A DNA stretch of 64,000 nucleotides from a virus. Both the position numbers and the translations under genes were made by a program. Under the pieces are notes generated by a model, which did not search any database, was not told where the DNA came from, and saw only the letters and a program-made list of their open reading frames with translations. Below are positions 17,175 through 26,833 of the stretch, one piece after another; position 1 is the stretch's first letter; each line of letters opens with the position of its first letter. The stretch is from positions 89,223 to 153,222 of IMG/VR virus record IMGVR_UViG_3300045988_136221; one strand, 5' to 3'.

Positions 17175-18239
17175 ATGAACAATTCAATGGTCGCTCACTT
17201 GTGGGCAAATGAAAGTCAAGAATCAGCAAATGGTAGTGATTTCTATTTTGAAGGAGAAAGTATTTACTCATATGGAAGGCATTTTGAGATTGGAAGAATC
17301 GTACGGAACAAGCGTGGGAGAAAGGCGTATTTGATTAATGATACATATTATTCTTCTACTACAAGCAAACATCAATGTTGTGTTCGTGACGCAATACCAA
17401 CTGGCTCAAAGGTGTTCTCTGTTGGATATAATATGTCATATTATATTGGTAACATGGCCTTTGTTACCAATAGGTTGGAATCTATTAAAGATGCTATTGA
17501 AAAATACAAGAAAGCCAGAACCGAATTATCTTATCAGAATATTTGGGGAGAGTTTAAAAATCTGATGGATTATATTGAGTTCTTCGATATGGGGACTCCC
17601 AAGAGTCTTCTTAAAAAGAGCGCAAACGAGTGGTTTGGAAATAACCATGAATTATCATTGAAATCAGATAAGATTAAACGTGAACATGCCCGTGAATTGA
17701 AACGTATTTTCCAGATATTGTTGAATCATCAAGCACTGGAAGTCCTTGGAACCGTGAATGTGATTGTAGATGAAGTTTGTGGTGAAGGAACTTGGTTGAA
17801 ATATCGGGAAAGAGTTGAAAAACATAGAATAAGTAGAGAGGTACAAGAGGTTAAAAAGTTAAGGAAACTGGAAGAGCTGGAAGAAGAACGTAGTAGGGAT
17901 TTCTATGAAAAATTAGAAAAATGGAAGTCAGGAGAACTTGATTTCTTGCATGCGTGTAGTCTTACTTCTTATGATAAACCAAATGTTTGGATGCGTATAA
18001 AAGGAGAGATTATTGAAACAAGCAAGGGAATAAAAATCGGGATAGAGGAAGCCAGAAGAATGTGGCAGGTTGTGTCACTGTTGCACCAGGGAGGTCAGTT
18101 CCGGCATGGCCTGGTAGAGGACGTAGACGGCAACAGGTGGAGAATAAACCGGTATGAAAACGATATGCTGACTGCTGGATGTCATCGTATTGCATATAGC
18201 GAGATGGAAAGTATTGCGAAACAACTGGGATGGGTGTAA
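17175..18239 (+). CDS. hypothetical protein (354 aa)
   Basis: ORF track. Confidence 0.55.
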   Translation: MNNSMVAHLWANESQESANGSDFYFEGESIYSYGRHFEIGRIVRNKRGRKAYLINDTYYSSTTSKHQCCVRDAIPTGSKVFSVGYNMSYYIGNMAFVTNRLESIKDAIEKYKKARTELSYQNIWGEFKNLMDYIEFFDMGTPKSLLKKSANEWFGNNHELSLKSDKIKREHARELKRIFQILLNHQALEVLGTVNVIVDEVCGEGTWLKYRERVEKHRISREVQEVKKLRKLEELEEERSRDFYEKLEKWKSGELDFLHACSLTSYDKPNVWMRIKGEIIETSKGIKIGIEEARRMWQVVSLLHQGGQFRHGLVEDVDGNRWRINRYENDMLTAGCHRIAYSEMESIAKQLGWV

Positions 18240-18281
18240 GTAACCCATCCTATTTTATAATAACTAAAAACAAAAAAAAAT

Positions 18282-19019
18282 ATGGAAAATCCAATTATTG
18301 TTCCGTTTGATTTAAATATGGCGAGAGAAATTAAAAGCGGAGAAATAGAAGGTTCGGTATTAATAAACAATATTGAAATAGAATTTGTATATGAGTCGAA
18401 AGACTGTGCAGATTCTTATAATTTACTTTTTGTAAAAAAAGATGGACGTGGAATAAGTGCTGTATATGCTAACACAGAAGGTTGCACTCTTGGTAACTCC
18501 ACTCTGGAATTGAAAGTGGAGGCTGGAGCATATTTTAAGAAAGGAGATGTATTAACAAGTACTCAAGGATATCAATTTATATATGATGGAATTATTACCA
18601 AAGGGGTAATGGGATGTATATGCGGAATGACAGCATTTGGAGATATTGAATTTGGTTACAAATTATGGACTGATGTGTATAGCGAAGATAAAAATCGGAA
18701 TGTAAGAAAGGCTATAGAAGAAGAGAAGAAATTTTTAGCAGAAAAGATTATAAAAGTCGCAGACAGTAGAAAAATAGATACAATAAAACAATATTTAAGT
18801 GAATATGAGTATCTATTAGATGAGATGCCGAAACATGATTTCAAACCATTTGAACGAGTCTTGGTAAGAAGAACTAACCAAGAGAGGTGGAAATTGCATT
18901 TATTCTCCAGAGGATCAGGAACATATGACAAATATGAATGTTTGGGAGGCGTAACATTTAGTCAGTGTATCCCATACGAAGGAAACGAACATCTTTTAGG
19001 AACTAATAAAAACAAATAA
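18282..19019 (+). CDS. hypothetical protein, tandem paralog A (245 aa)
   Basis: Shares IPFDL..., FKKGDVL, FKPFERVLV...YECLGG..F..CIPYEGNEHLLG with next gene. Confidence 0.55.
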   Translation: MENPIIVPFDLNMAREIKSGEIEGSVLINNIEIEFVYESKDCADSYNLLFVKKDGRGISAVYANTEGCTLGNSTLELKVEAGAYFKKGDVLTSTQGYQFIYDGIITKGVMGCICGMTAFGDIEFGYKLWTDVYSEDKNRNVRKAIEEEKKFLAEKIIKVADSRKIDTIKQYLSEYEYLLDEMPKHDFKPFERVLVRRTNQERWKLHLFSRGSGTYDKYECLGGVTFSQCIPYEGNEHLLGTNKNK

Positions 19020-19023
19020 GATT

Positions 19024-19764
19024 ATGGAACATAAAATGGTAACAATCCCGTTTGATTTAGAAACGGAGAAGAGAATAAGAGAAGGGAAAATATCAGGTCG
19101 GATTGTGACAGAGAAAGGACGAAATAGAGCAGAAATAGTATATGAAGATGATTTGTGTAATGCATATCCTTTATTGGTTGTAATTCATTCGATTCCTGTA
19201 TTAGCGGATTGGTTTTCGTCCACGGGGAAAGCGTTTAACGACGCAAATCGTCTTCTTCTTGAAGTTCCAGAATATGTCGCATTCAAAGATGGAGATGTTT
19301 TAAGCAACGAAGAAGGAAATTATATTTTTATCTTAAATACTAATGGGAAATATTTAACATCTTTGTATGCGAGTCTTGCAGCGGGAACAAGTCTTAATAT
19401 ATCGGATGATATTGCTGCAAACGAAAACAATATAGAACGTTATAGACTTGCAACAGATTCGGAAAAACAGATGATGATTAACGCATTAAAGGCAAGCAAG
19501 AATCCAAAGGCTAAGGAATATCTGAAACGCTTCTTCGGGATTGAAGAAAAGCCGAAATATGAGTTTAAGCCGTTTGACAAAGTGTTAGTAAAATATTATG
19601 AAGATGACGATTGGGAGGCCAGTTTATTTATAAGAACAATTACAGACGATCAGGATGGGGAGACTAAATATGAATGTTTGAATGGGACGGTGTTTGTTTA
19701 TTGTATTCCTTTTGAGGGTAACGAGTATCTTTTGGGAATTACTGAAAATCCAGAAAAAAAATGA
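19024..19764 (+). CDS. hypothetical protein, tandem paralog B (246 aa)
   Basis: Homologous to 18282..19019 along whole length (IPFDL; FKDGDVL; FKPFDKVLV; YECLNGTVFVYCIPFEGNEYLLG). Confidence 0.55.
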   Translation: MEHKMVTIPFDLETEKRIREGKISGRIVTEKGRNRAEIVYEDDLCNAYPLLVVIHSIPVLADWFSSTGKAFNDANRLLLEVPEYVAFKDGDVLSNEEGNYIFILNTNGKYLTSLYASLAAGTSLNISDDIAANENNIERYRLATDSEKQMMINALKASKNPKAKEYLKRFFGIEEKPKYEFKPFDKVLVKYYEDDDWEASLFIRTITDDQDGETKYECLNGTVFVYCIPFEGNEYLLGITENPEKK

Positions 19765-19904
19765 AAACGGTAAAATTATCCTATTTTTCTTATTATGACA
19801 GAAACAAAGGAGGAATACAAAAATTTTCTGATTGGCATCACTCAGATATATAAGAGACGTTTGTGAAGCGAAGAAGTAAATGTTATAAATGATAAACAAT
19901 AAAT

Positions 19905-20180
19905 ATGAAAACAAGAACATACGAAGGAATACGGCATGGTGACTGGGTAAGATGTACTCAATGTGGAGCGCAAATGCTTCTTCCATGTGGAGCCGACAAG
20001 TGTCCCGAATGTTATGAATGTGGCACGTTGATGTGGGTAGACGAAGATAAGCAAGAAATGGACGATGAACATCTGGATTGTCTTGTCCCAATACGCAAAT
20101 TAGAGTTGCAAGAATATCTGTCCCCAGATATTTTGAAAATAGAATATACATATGAAAATCGAATACATACAAAAATGTAA
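19905..20180 (+). CDS. zinc-ribbon protein (91 aa)
   Basis: ORF track; CTQCG..CGADKCPECYECG. Confidence 0.5.
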   Translation: MKTRTYEGIRHGDWVRCTQCGAQMLLPCGADKCPECYECGTLMWVDEDKQEMDDEHLDCLVPIRKLELQEYLSPDILKIEYTYENRIHTKM

Positions 20181-20451
20181 ATGCGGAGCAGTCACTATCA
20201 GTTTTGATAATGGTGCTTCAAATAGCATGTTTTGGGAAACATTTGAAAAATTGAATTTGGATACTGGTGATGCCACATGGCTTCACCAGTCCTGCTGCTG
20301 TGACCACTGTGTCAATCACTGGGGGATAGATTTGTGTGAGTGTGGATCAGGACAGAAGGTGGGAGAATGTGAATGTGGATCCAAAAAGGCACATGATACA
20401 TTGGGAATTAAATATGATTCCTTTGGAGCAATTTTAAAAGCATTTAGATAG
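20152..20451 (+). CDS. Cys/His-rich protein (99 aa)
   Basis: ORF track; CKCG...CCCDHCVNH...CECGSG..CECGS. Confidence 0.5.
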   Translation: MKIEYIQKCKCGAVTISFDNGASNSMFWETFEKLNLDTGDATWLHQSCCCDHCVNHWGIDLCECGSGQKVGECECGSKKAHDTLGIKYDSFGAILKAFR

Positions 20452-20454
20452 ATT

Positions 20455-20937
20455 ATGTACATATTGAGTAAATATACAGCCCTTTTAGGGCAAAAAAAGT
20501 TAAAAGAAGATTTTGTAAAAGAGTTATCATTGATACTTTCAAAATCTGATGGATACCAAATAGTTCCAGGTAAATTAACTTTTGTGTATTTTTCGGAGTT
20601 AAAAGATTGGTCAGTTAGAGATATGGGTGATCAAGGGAAATTATCAGAAGAAGATGAGGCTTTGATAAACAAAGTAACCCATATGTTATTTGATATTAAT
20701 TGTGATTTTGAATCTGTTATAAGAATGTTATACAGCTTTAGAAATGGACCAAAATCGGGAATAAAAGTAGCGGATCCAGATGATAACTACGAATGGACTA
20801 ATAAGGATGGAAATCACAAATATTCTACTAAGAATCTTCCGAAAGCGCATTTTAGATGGAATTGGAGAAGATATACTTTATCAAAGGAATCTGTTGATAA
20901 AATAACAGAGTTTGTAGACATTATATTAAAATCATAG
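20455..20937 (+). CDS. hypothetical protein (160 aa)
   Basis: ORF track. Confidence 0.5.
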   Translation: MYILSKYTALLGQKKLKEDFVKELSLILSKSDGYQIVPGKLTFVYFSELKDWSVRDMGDQGKLSEEDEALINKVTHMLFDINCDFESVIRMLYSFRNGPKSGIKVADPDDNYEWTNKDGNHKYSTKNLPKAHFRWNWRRYTLSKESVDKITEFVDIILKS

Positions 20938-20940
20938 CTT

Positions 20941-21345
20941 ATGAGAAACGAATTTAGAGAAATAGAAAAGACATTGCAATTAATCAACGAACAGAGAAAA
21001 GCGGCTGAAGAGAAGTTAAAATATATCGTAAACATGGCAATAGTAGATGCTTCGAAGGATTATCCTGTAAAGAGATTGGGACCAAATATTATATCAGTAA
21101 GGTTTTCAGATCTTATAGGGAATCCCTGGAACCAGCAATATTATGACTGGGTGGAGGCTTCGAAAGTAGTAATGAAATATTTGAGCGAACAGGATGCCGA
21201 CAAATGGAAAGACAAATTGATTGAATTGTTGGGAGGAGACACAGAATCGAGAAAACCGGTTATGTTTAAAAACGGGAAAGGAGGATGCTTTTATCAAATA
21301 CCAGTAAACAGAAAATTCATTGTTAAAATCATAGAGAAATTATGA
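20941..21345 (+). CDS. hypothetical protein (134 aa)
   Basis: ORF track. Confidence 0.5.
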   Translation: MRNEFREIEKTLQLINEQRKAAEEKLKYIVNMAIVDASKDYPVKRLGPNIISVRFSDLIGNPWNQQYYDWVEASKVVMKYLSEQDADKWKDKLIELLGGDTESRKPVMFKNGKGGCFYQIPVNRKFIVKIIEKL

Positions 21346-21596
21346 ACGAAGTAATTTTAAGTAACATGTTAGGATGTCAGACATATTGTATATCAGACAA
21401 TCCTTCGAATAGATACTGTCTTATTGGACCTATTGAGTGTAATGAGAAGTTGATAGAAGTGTTTAAGAAGGGAATAATAGTAAAACTCAAACACGTGGAA
21501 AAACGGGTTCTGGATACATTTACGAATAATGGAATTGACCTGAGTAATTACACTCACTGTATTATTGTGAAGCGGGATTTTTATCTCGCCTGGTAA
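21342..21596 (+). CDS. hypothetical protein (84 aa)
   Basis: ORF track; ATGA overlap. Confidence 0.45.
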   Translation: MNEVILSNMLGCQTYCISDNPSNRYCLIGPIECNEKLIEVFKKGIIVKLKHVEKRVLDTFTNNGIDLSNYTHCIIVKRDFYLAW

Positions 21597-21614
21597 CAGC
21601 AAAATATAAATGAC

Positions 21615-22277
21615 ATGAACAATTTTGTAATAGATACTCCTGATAACTTCTGGCAAATAAGATGGCTTGACAAATACATGGAAGGTCATAAAGGATTTAT
21701 AGCTGGTGGATGTTTTAAGAATATTCTTTCTGGGGGAAAAGTGAAAGATATTGATGTATTCTTTGAAAGCGAAAGCGATTTCCAGGAAGCTGTCGATTTA
21801 TTCAATGATAAAAAACATCAAAAAGAAGGATGGAAATTTAAGTACAGGAATGAGAAGGTCTGTGCGTTCCAGAAAGAGGGAGAAAGGGTGTGGGTAGAGT
21901 TCATAGAGTCAGAGTTTGGAAAGCCAGAAGAGATTCTTAGAAGCTTCGACTTTACTGTGGCAAAAATGGCTTACTACAAGGAGTCTAAATACGAAGAAAA
22001 GGAAGATGATTATTTTCCATTCTCATCTACTGATGTAGTAGGATACGAGTATAAACTTCTCTACCATGAGAAATTCTTCGAACATCTTCATATGAAGAGG
22101 CTGGTTATTGATGAAAATGTTCCTTTCCCAGTGAGTACATGGGAAAGGTCATATAGGTATAAGGGATATGGTTACAATATGTGTAGGGAGACAAAGAAAA
22201 AGCTTCTGCAAGCTCTTAAGGGTGTGAATGTAGAAGAGGAAGACGTATCTTTGTATGCTGATGGAGGATGGGATTAA
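21615..22277 (+). CDS. Pol-beta-superfamily (minimal) nucleotidyltransferase
   Basis: hG[GS]...DhD signature: FIAGGCFKNILSGGKVKDIDVFFE, plus downstream acidic VEFIESE (third carboxylate). Confidence 0.55.
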   Translation: MNNFVIDTPDNFWQIRWLDKYMEGHKGFIAGGCFKNILSGGKVKDIDVFFESESDFQEAVDLFNDKKHQKEGWKFKYRNEKVCAFQKEGERVWVEFIESEFGKPEEILRSFDFTVAKMAYYKESKYEEKEDDYFPFSSTDVVGYEYKLLYHEKFFEHLHMKRLVIDENVPFPVSTWERSYRYKGYGYNMCRETKKKLLQALKGVNVEEEDVSLYADGGWD

Positions 22278-22297
22278 TTGAAAAAAAATAGAATATT

Positions 22298-23137
22298 ATG
22301 AGTACAAGTAAAGAATACAAAATAATAAGAAACTTCATATTAAATGAGCTTCACATTACAAAAGAAGACATAATCAAAAACATAGAACCATTATTGGAAA
22401 AACTTGTAAAACAGTGTATGAATAATACATATGGGAATAACAATCAAATAGAATATTGGATCAGATGTATGGTGAATGACGAACTTAAACAAAAAGGAGG
22501 TTATGGTTTTGTAAGAAAAATATGTGGGGAGGTTATAAAAGATCATGTGTTGGATAATCTGGATATAATTGTAAGACCTAAAAATGAAAGATGCACATGT
22601 GAAAATCGAGTACCATCAAGAGGAGATGGTTTGTATTTAATCTACAAAGACAGACGCTTAGAGTTGTTTACTGGAGAGAATAGCAAAGAGAATGTGCGGT
22701 ATATCGGGTTAAAGTACAAAGACGTATCGTTTGCTATTTCGCTAACAGAGCATGATAGAGTACAATTGCTTGACGATGATAGCCGTAAAGAATCCGGAAG
22801 TGAGACGTATTACGAACGTGAATGTGATGCGCTGTTTGACATTAATGGACGCGGCAATACGGAACGCCTTGTAGTCAGAAATCCAAAATTGAGAAATCTA
22901 CTGAAAGATGGCGAATACATCCCTTCGTTGAGACAGCTCAATCTAATGGCGCATTACAAAGACAGTATAAACGATGCGCTTAAATACATAGGCGCAGAAC
23001 CGTTAGCCTCGGAGTGGTTTTGGTCCAGTACTGAGAGCAGTCAGCACAACGCGTGGTACGTGTACTTCTTCATTGGCGACACGGGCAGCTACAGCAAGTA
23101 CGGCAGTGGCAGGGTTCGGGCGGTAATTGATTTTTAA
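22298..23137 (+). CDS. protein with C-terminal DUF1566/Lcl-like domain (279 aa)
   Basis: C-terminus EWFWSSTESSQHNAWYVYFFIGDTGSYSKYGSGRVRAV matches remembered DUF1566 pattern (WSST...aw.v.f..G......K....VR.V). Confidence 0.4.
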   Translation: MSTSKEYKIIRNFILNELHITKEDIIKNIEPLLEKLVKQCMNNTYGNNNQIEYWIRCMVNDELKQKGGYGFVRKICGEVIKDHVLDNLDIIVRPKNERCTCENRVPSRGDGLYLIYKDRRLELFTGENSKENVRYIGLKYKDVSFAISLTEHDRVQLLDDDSRKESGSETYYERECDALFDINGRGNTERLVVRNPKLRNLLKDGEYIPSLRQLNLMAHYKDSINDALKYIGAEPLASEWFWSSTESSQHNAWYVYFFIGDTGSYSKYGSGRVRAVIDF

Positions 23138-23149
23138 AAAGGATTACAT

Positions 23150-23947
23150 ATGATAACATCAGTAAAAATAAAAGACAACACAAAAACTCCATTTGAATAT
23201 GTTTCTGACATAGAGGCGTTTGAAAATGGCAGAGAATTTATTTTCAAGCCAGGAGTGAATGTGATTGTAGGTAAAAACGGTAGTGGAAAATCAACTTTGC
23301 TTAACATCATATCAATGTATGCGTTATGTGAGAAATCCATGTGCTCTGAAATACCGATCGAGGCACTGGATTTTCCACCTATATTTGATGATGATGACAA
23401 GGTTCTTGATGGGATTGACATATCATCCGATTATGCAGGGAAAGTATTCCGTTTATTACCATCTGCGGAGATGAATCGAGATAGTGTATTGAAAAACATC
23501 AGCAATTTAGATTTGTATGTGAATAATATTCGAAGATCTTATGGAGAGAAAGTGGTGTTATCATTGGAATCACTTTTCAATTTAATGTTCGGTCAAAAGG
23601 ATTATACGTTTCCAATACAAGATCTTGTAGAATACAAGAAAAAATCAAATGCGTTTTGGATTAAAAGGATTGATAGCCTGTTGAAGTATTATAAAAGAAA
23701 CCGCATAACATTAGCAGAAAGCAGTTTTGAATACACGGTTCTCATGGATGAGCCAGACAGGAATCTTGACATTGACAATATAATGCAAATTTATAATGTA
23801 TTATCATTCCATAAACCACAAACACAAATTATAGCCATAATACACAATCCGGCATTGATTTACAAATTAAGCAAATTAGATTGTGTGAATTTCATAGAGA
23901 TGACAGAAGGATATCTTAGTAAAACTTGTATATTTATGTCCAATTAA
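23150..23947 (+). CDS. ABC/RecF-SMC-like ATPase (AAA_21-type), 265 aa
   Basis: Walker A GKNGSGKSTLL; signature-like RRSYGEK; Walker B/D-loop VLMDEPDRNLD; H-loop AIIHNP. ATPase-only, no fused nuclease domain. Confidence 0.6.
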   Translation: MITSVKIKDNTKTPFEYVSDIEAFENGREFIFKPGVNVIVGKNGSGKSTLLNIISMYALCEKSMCSEIPIEALDFPPIFDDDDKVLDGIDISSDYAGKVFRLLPSAEMNRDSVLKNISNLDLYVNNIRRSYGEKVVLSLESLFNLMFGQKDYTFPIQDLVEYKKKSNAFWIKRIDSLLKYYKRNRITLAESSFEYTVLMDEPDRNLDIDNIMQIYNVLSFHKPQTQIIAIIHNPALIYKLSKLDCVNFIEMTEGYLSKTCIFMSN

Positions 23948-23959
23948 ATATTTTCAACA

Positions 23960-24343
23960 ATGAGCTATTTTGTATTAATGGGGAGAAGAATCCCAAAGCA
24001 GGCTATAACAGGCTTTAAGTTCCAAAATGAAACAGATAATATTTGTCCTTTCCTGTCAATCAGGATAAGAGGGAAGGAGGAAATTATACCCCTTAAAGAT
24101 AAAAGAGAAATACTGTCCGTGAAAGCACATCTGTGCTCTGTCTTCTCCGGGTTTGTGAAAATAGGCGACTGGTATCTCAAGATGTCGGAAGTTAAGGAAT
24201 ATAAGCCGGTGACTGCCGAAGACATGAACCCCTACATCTTGTTTAAGACATCTAAGTTCGGAAATATAAAAGTTCGTTTTCCGAAAGATGAAGATATGAA
24301 TGCGGAATTGTTGGTGCTAGATCAACTTTTTGACGTAGAATGA
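23960..24343 (+). CDS. hypothetical protein (127 aa), co-operonic with ATPase
   Basis: ORF track; 13-nt gap after ATPase gene. Confidence 0.5.
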   Translation: MSYFVLMGRRIPKQAITGFKFQNETDNICPFLSIRIRGKEEIIPLKDKREILSVKAHLCSVFSGFVKIGDWYLKMSEVKEYKPVTAEDMNPYILFKTSKFGNIKVRFPKDEDMNAELLVLDQLFDVE

Positions 24344-24384
24344 ATTAGTAAGGTAATTATATACCTAAAATAATATAAAGAGAT

Positions 24385-24648
24385 ATGAGCAAATACAGAA
24401 CAAAAGCCGGAATAGAATGCACGGAAGAAGAATGCAAGCTAATTGATTCATTTAAGAGGCTTGCCAAAAAATGGAAGAAAGATGGAAAACGATTGTGGAT
24501 ATATTCAGCAAGCGGAACATTACATGTAATGATGCATGGAGATACAAACTATAATCCTACACCGGAATTTACGCAATATGGAGGCAGTAACATTGAAAAT
24601 AGTATAACCATCATTGATGGAATACCAAATGATGGCGGAGATTGGTAA
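24385..24648 (+). CDS. hypothetical protein (87 aa)
   Basis: ORF track. Confidence 0.5.
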   Translation: MSKYRTKAGIECTEEECKLIDSFKRLAKKWKKDGKRLWIYSASGTLHVMMHGDTNYNPTPEFTQYGGSNIENSITIIDGIPNDGGDW

Positions 24649-24675
24649 TAATATTCATTTTTAAAAGTTAGAGTT

Positions 24676-24912
24676 ATGAAAAAAGATTTAACAGACAAAG
24701 AAAAAGAGGAAAGAATGAATTACCTTACCATCCATAAATGTAAAAACGAGGATGAACGTAAAGAGTTAAAAGAATTATGTGATTGGTATTTTAAGGATAC
24801 CCCTACGTTAACTATGTCTTTTTCTTTAACAGAAGAAGATCTTTCGGGTAACAATGGAAGGGGACGTGGAGTTGTCGGCGGTAGTCGGAGCTGTGAAGCG
24901 TCAACACCTTAA
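24676..24912 (+). CDS. hypothetical protein (78 aa)
   Basis: ORF track. Confidence 0.45.
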   Translation: MKKDLTDKEKEERMNYLTIHKCKNEDERKELKELCDWYFKDTPTLTMSFSLTEEDLSGNNGRGRGVVGGSRSCEASTP

Positions 24913-24931
24913 GAAGAAAATTTGAAAGGTT

Positions 24932-25135
24932 ATGACTGACAGAGAACTTCTTGAAGAAAACAATAAGATGTTAAAGGAAATTCTAAGTTTTGTGAGAAAA
25001 GTCGATTCTACTGAATACAGGGATCATCAAGACTTTATGGAATTTCTTAGAAATGTGGCGGCCGATATATGGGTGGAATATACGGAGCCTGAACAAAGAA
25101 GTAAGTTGTTTAATTTAATAAATAAAGAAAAATGA
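24932..25135 (+). CDS. hypothetical protein (67 aa)
   Basis: ORF track. Confidence 0.45.
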   Translation: MTDRELLEENNKMLKEILSFVRKVDSTEYRDHQDFMEFLRNVAADIWVEYTEPEQRSKLFNLINKEK

Positions 25136-25797
25136 AAACAGTTTTTGATTTAAGCAGAGATGAGATTACGGCATTGACAGACGAAGACATAAGTCTGTAT
25201 ATAGACAAAGAGCTTGCTAATAAAGGTATTCCAATTGAAGCTAAAAACTGGAATATAAAGAACAAAAAAGAAATCTCGTACCCCAAAACAGGAGTTCCAT
25301 TATTTGTATTAAAAGATATCGGCATCGGTTTTAGAACCATAGAAGGTGCAACTGAGGTGGCCAATTTGCTTGTCAAGTATAATGCATTTAAAACAGAATC
25401 GAGATATCTGGCAGGATCGTATGAACAGTTTTGGATCATGAAGGAGGGTGTTTGCCCGGCTGTTAAAGGAGAAACAGGATATAGCGAGGAAGAGTTTAAT
25501 AAGATAGATGAGAAAAATAAAAACCCTGAATTGACAAGTATAAATACCTTCAATGACACCGTGAAAAAAGCCAATGAAATCAAAGATAGGGTATTGAAAT
25601 ACGTGTACAATATAAAACAAGAGCGTTCATATAACAACGACATGGTTGACATCTTTGAGAGGTATAAGGATATAGCAGATGGCGACATGGAGGTGGCTAT
25701 GAATTTCATTAAGGAGGCTTATCCGTTTAATGAAGAAACAGAGGTATTTATCAGGAAAAAGTTCAACATGTCCATACCAGTTGAGCCAGAAGAGTAA
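25132..25797 (+). CDS. hypothetical protein (221 aa)
   Basis: ORF track. Confidence 0.5.
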   Translation: MKTVFDLSRDEITALTDEDISLYIDKELANKGIPIEAKNWNIKNKKEISYPKTGVPLFVLKDIGIGFRTIEGATEVANLLVKYNAFKTESRYLAGSYEQFWIMKEGVCPAVKGETGYSEEEFNKIDEKNKNPELTSINTFNDTVKKANEIKDRVLKYVYNIKQERSYNNDMVDIFERYKDIADGDMEVAMNFIKEAYPFNEETEVFIRKKFNMSIPVEPEE

Positions 25798-25876
25798 AAA
25801 AAATAAGCTAAATTAAGTTATTTAAAATCTTTTTTATTATCAAAAGACATATCTTTGTCCAAAAAAAACAAACAGG

Positions 25877-26128
25877 ATGGAAGAAAAAGAGATTAAAGAA
25901 GCCATGATTGAAGCCCTGACACATTTGGAGGGGTGTAAGTATTTCGTGGCTACGATAGTAAATGAAGAGGAAAGAAGATTTGATATGAGCCAACGAATGT
26001 CACAGCATCAATTGGCCTTAGTTATAAAAGGTATCTTATCTAATAATGAGATGATGATGATGGATGTTTTGCAGTGGTGCTCTGCCAGACTTAAAAATAA
26101 TATAGATAAAAAGAAGTCAACTAATTAA
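25877..26128 (+). CDS. hypothetical protein (83 aa)
   Basis: ORF track. Confidence 0.5.
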   Translation: MEEKEIKEAMIEALTHLEGCKYFVATIVNEEERRFDMSQRMSQHQLALVIKGILSNNEMMMMDVLQWCSARLKNNIDKKKSTN

Positions 26129-26139
26129 ATATTAATACA

Positions 26140-26610
26140 ATGAATCGCTGGTTTGAAATTACGGTAAAAGCCGAGATTGACAATATCGAGAACGGCAAAA
26201 AAAAGAAAGTAAATGAAAAGTATTTGGTAGATGCCTTATCTTACACAGAGGCAGAGTCAAGATCTTATGAAATCCTAAAGGGGTTGTATAAGGTGTTTGA
26301 TGTTGTCAAGATCAATCCTATTAAAGTGTCGGAAATCTTCTTCAACGGAGAAGCTGAGTACTGGTATAAGTGTAAGGTGAATTACATTACACTGGATGAA
26401 AAGAAAGGTAAAGAAAAGAAAACACCATGCTATATGTATGTCCAGGCCGGCAATCCAAAAGATGCTGAGGCTGTGTTAACTAAGGGGATGCAAGGTACGT
26501 TAGGCGACTGGAATTGCGAAGCTATTGCAGAAACGAAAATCATTGAAGTATTTAAATACGATCTGCAAAAAGGTGTAGAAAAATTGGGAGAAAAGAAAAC
26601 TGATGAGTGA
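26140..26610 (+). CDS. hypothetical protein (156 aa)
   Basis: ORF track. Confidence 0.5.
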   Translation: MNRWFEITVKAEIDNIENGKKKKVNEKYLVDALSYTEAESRSYEILKGLYKVFDVVKINPIKVSEIFFNGEAEYWYKCKVNYITLDEKKGKEKKTPCYMYVQAGNPKDAEAVLTKGMQGTLGDWNCEAIAETKIIEVFKYDLQKGVEKLGEKKTDE

Positions 26611-26833
26611 TGTTGTTTCCCGTGTAGCACTTGCGATGGCAATTGTATTATTGGTAGTAGCAGGTGCTACTTTGCTGATAGTGATCAAGACAGAAGAAGT
26701 GCCAAGATGGTTAATGAACGTACCATATACGTTATCTTTAACGGCAGTATCCTTTTCGATTATATCACTTGTATTGAAGTATAAAAAGTGGAAAAGAAAT
26801 TGTACGTCTGCAAAAGATGTGGACGAAAAGTGA
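26603..26833 (+). CDS. small two-TM membrane protein with charged C-tail (holin-like topology)
   Basis: 76 aa; two hydrophobic segments (VALAMAIVLLVVAGATLLIVI; YTLSLTAVSFSIISLVL) and KYKKWKRN...DVDEK tail. No endolysin seen nearby. Confidence 0.3.
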   Translation: MSDVVSRVALAMAIVLLVVAGATLLIVIKTEEVPRWLMNVPYTLSLTAVSFSIISLVLKYKKWKRNCTSAKDVDEK

